A stretch of DNA of 63,778 nt, filler included, from Octopus bimaculoides (taxonomy: Eukaryota), in the NCBI RefSeq assembly GCF_001194135.2. It is 5 parts of 4 records of this genome, joined end to end, with 100 filler letters (N's around TTAATTAATTAA, not from the genome) between each part and the next. Parts side by side here need not be neighbours in the genome. Positions count along the whole stretch, not along the records: positions 56,891 to 63,778 come from NC_068993.1; 4 more parts are not named here. One strand, 5' to 3'. Of the stretch, positions 61,375 to 63,778 are shown piece by piece (position 1 is the stretch's first letter; each line of letters opens with the position of its first letter). The position numbers and the translations under genes were made by a program. Under the pieces are notes generated by a model. That model saw only the letters and a program-made list of their open reading frames with translations, made no database searches and was not told the DNA's origin.

Positions 61375-61740
61375 TTGTTGGCACTCCGTCACTTACGACG
61401 TCGAGGGCTCCAGTTGATCCGATCTCGTGAAATTAACGTGCAAGTGGCTGAGCACTCCATAGACACGTGTACCCTCAACGTAGTTCTCGGAGATATTCAG
61501 CGTGACACAGTGTGACAAAGCTGACCCTTTGAATTACATGCACAACAGAAACAGAAAGAAAGAATTAGAGAAAGTTGTGGTGAAAGAGTACAACAGGGTT
61601 CACCACCATCTCTTGCCGGAAACTCGTGGAACTTTAGGTGTTTTCGCTCAATAAACACTCACAACGCCCGGTCTGGGAATCGAAACCGCGATCCTATGAC
61701 CGCGAGTCCGCTGCCCTAACCACTGGGCCATTGCGCCCCC
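61375..61740 (-). mobile_element. Family A SINE
   Basis: Matches 49312-49696; probable 9-bp TSD caagatcaa (61363-61371 and 61744-61752). Confidence 0.88.
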
Positions 61741-61977
61741 ATCCAAGATCAATAAAATATACCAAATTGCAACACCACTTATCGTTTACGACAGGTGAGT
61801 CTACCACGCACACCCCACCACACATGCACACTTAGTTCATTGTTCTAACGTCCTGTACCCTGATATGCATCTATATACACATGTAGATGTAAGTATGTAC
61901 ATATATGTGTGTATACATGCAAATATATTCTTTGTATTATATATATATATATGTATATATATATATANNNNNNNNNN

Positions 61978-62032
<55 letters not shown>

Positions 62033-63490
62033 CGATCTTGCAGGCATGGCGTGAATTCAGTCCTAGATAGCCAAATTTAAATTAACAGTTCAACAGCACT
62101 TTTCTCACGGTAAACAATAGTTTTTCTGAGTGACAGTAGTTACATTTGCCAGATGTCTTAGCTAAGCAAAATAATGTCTTCACCACTTAACCCTTTCTAA
62201 CCTCTTCTATTTCACCAACAGCTAGAATAGAGATATCGCAGACCTCCAACGAAATCTCTTGTTCTCAACGATATGTATTTCCTTCTGAATAGTTTTAAAA
62301 ACAAGAACCCTCAAGCTAAAAGGAGTTAGTGAGAAGTAGAGTTAGTGAAAGTGACCATCAGCTACTGAAGGGACAACCAGTCATGGCTCACAACCAGGCA
62401 GTTACTAAAGACAAATGGTCAGAGAGAGAAAGAAAGTTATACTTAGCCAACTATGAGACACAACTCCCTTGACTCTATAACTTTCACTAGCTCAATTTCT
62501 TTTCTCTTACAGCATCATCTTATCTCTATCTGTGGATTACTACTACGAGAACGTGTACACACATACTGGCCAAAATTAACTCTTTTTACCTCGCATGCTT
62601 TTCCATTTACTAGTTATACATATCAACCCGTCGTGGTTTTGGATATATACGACGTAACAGTAAATGAATATTTTCTTTACAACTTCTATCACTGTTCTTT
62701 CATCTTTACATAATGGCAATCAACGAAGAACCAATCCTTACAAACTGGTGACAACTCCGACGTTCCATATTATTGTTTACAAATTAATCTCAACCGTTAC
62801 AAAATAAACTTCTACCGTTACATGTGGCCTGTGTGTTTTTGTACCTTGTTTATCATTTTGTCCATGTTTTTTTGCAACGTTATGTACCCAGATATGTATC
62901 TATATGTACATGTAGATGAAGGTATGTACATACATGTACATATATATGCATATACTTATATATTGTTTATATNNNNNNNNNNNNNNNNNNNNNNNNNNNN
63001 NNNNNNNNNNNNNNNNNNNNNNNNNNNNNNNNNNNNNNNNNNNNNNNNNNNNNNNNNNNNNNNNNNNNNNNNNNNNNNNNNNNNNNNNNNNNNNNNNNNN
63101 NNNNNNNNNNNNNNNNNNNNNNNNNNNNNNNNNNNNNNNNNNNNNNNNNNNNNNNNNNNNNNNNNNNNNNNNNNNNNNNNNNNNNNNNNNNNNNNNNNNN
63201 NNNNNNNNNNNNNNNNNNNNNNNNNNNNNNNNNNNNNNNNNNNNNNNNNNNNNNNNNNNNNNNNNNNNNNNNNNNNNNNNNNNNNNNNNNNNNNNNNNNN
63301 NNNNNNNNNNNNNNNNNNNNNNNNNNNNNNNNNNNNNATATATATATATATATACATATATATATATTTGCAAGCCCGTGTATAATTCATATGTATTTGA
63401 ATACTAAGACTCTTGAGCAGTTTGAAACAGGGCCCATATTTCACTTCTGGACTGGATCTATTTGCAAATGCACACACACACACACACACT

Positions 63491-63532
<42 letters not shown>

Positions 63533-63778
63533 GGCATACAGACACATTGCAGCCTGTGTGGTCTCCTACTGGTGTTGGACGTTGCCATTAACATTATTAG
63601 TTTCAAAAATACACAAAAACCATTCAATTCAATACAGAAATTAAATTTTCATTTAAGTTTTAAAAATACAGGAAAAAATGGTATTAATATAGTCATACCC
63701 CACCACTACTGCTGACATCACGATTATCATCATCATCATCATCATTGTCATCCTCCTCCTCCTTCTCCCTCTCATCAT

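Noticed and set aside
948-63407. Long ORFs made mostly of X, and YIYI/HTHT/CVCV/IIII ORFs in the supplied track
   Set aside because: They are translations of N-gaps and of di- or trinucleotide microsatellites, not genes.

Overview
Eukaryotic, AT-rich, microsatellite-dense genomic window. The tRNA-derived SINEs and RTE-tailed repeats look cephalopod/octopus-like (inference, not searched). The only host gene I can identify is the 3' part of WDHD1 (And-1/Ctf4) on the + strand: 14 visible coding exons from 2939 to the stop at 19193, with GT-AG junctions in phase throughout except for one phase break that predicts an exon hidden in the 14671-15578 gap. The rest is transposon debris: several SINE families, two RTE LINE fragments, two unrelated Penelope-like elements, an R4/Dong-like endonuclease fragment, hAT/Charlie, mariner and Merlin transposase relics, and MITEs. 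Four 100-bp N44-TTAATTAATTAA-N44 spacers are artificial scaffold joins, so adjacency across 21641-21740, 38096-38195, 44464-44563 and 56791-56890 is unproven. The most interesting signals are (1) small GG-terminated inverted-repeat elements, two with exact 8-bp target duplications (Merlin-like), that carry TTAGGG/CCCTAA telomere-type repeats, one of them inserted inside a Merlin transposase relic, and (2) three hammerhead-ribozyme-like folds (31980-32024 -, 37198-37249 +, 60266-60336 +), one in the 3' UTR of a Penelope-like element and two in short non-coding repeats. No CRISPR array, rRNA or genuine tRNA was seen. Most ORFs in the supplied track are microsatellite or N-gap artefacts. Repeat boundaries are approximate unless a TSD or TIR is quoted.
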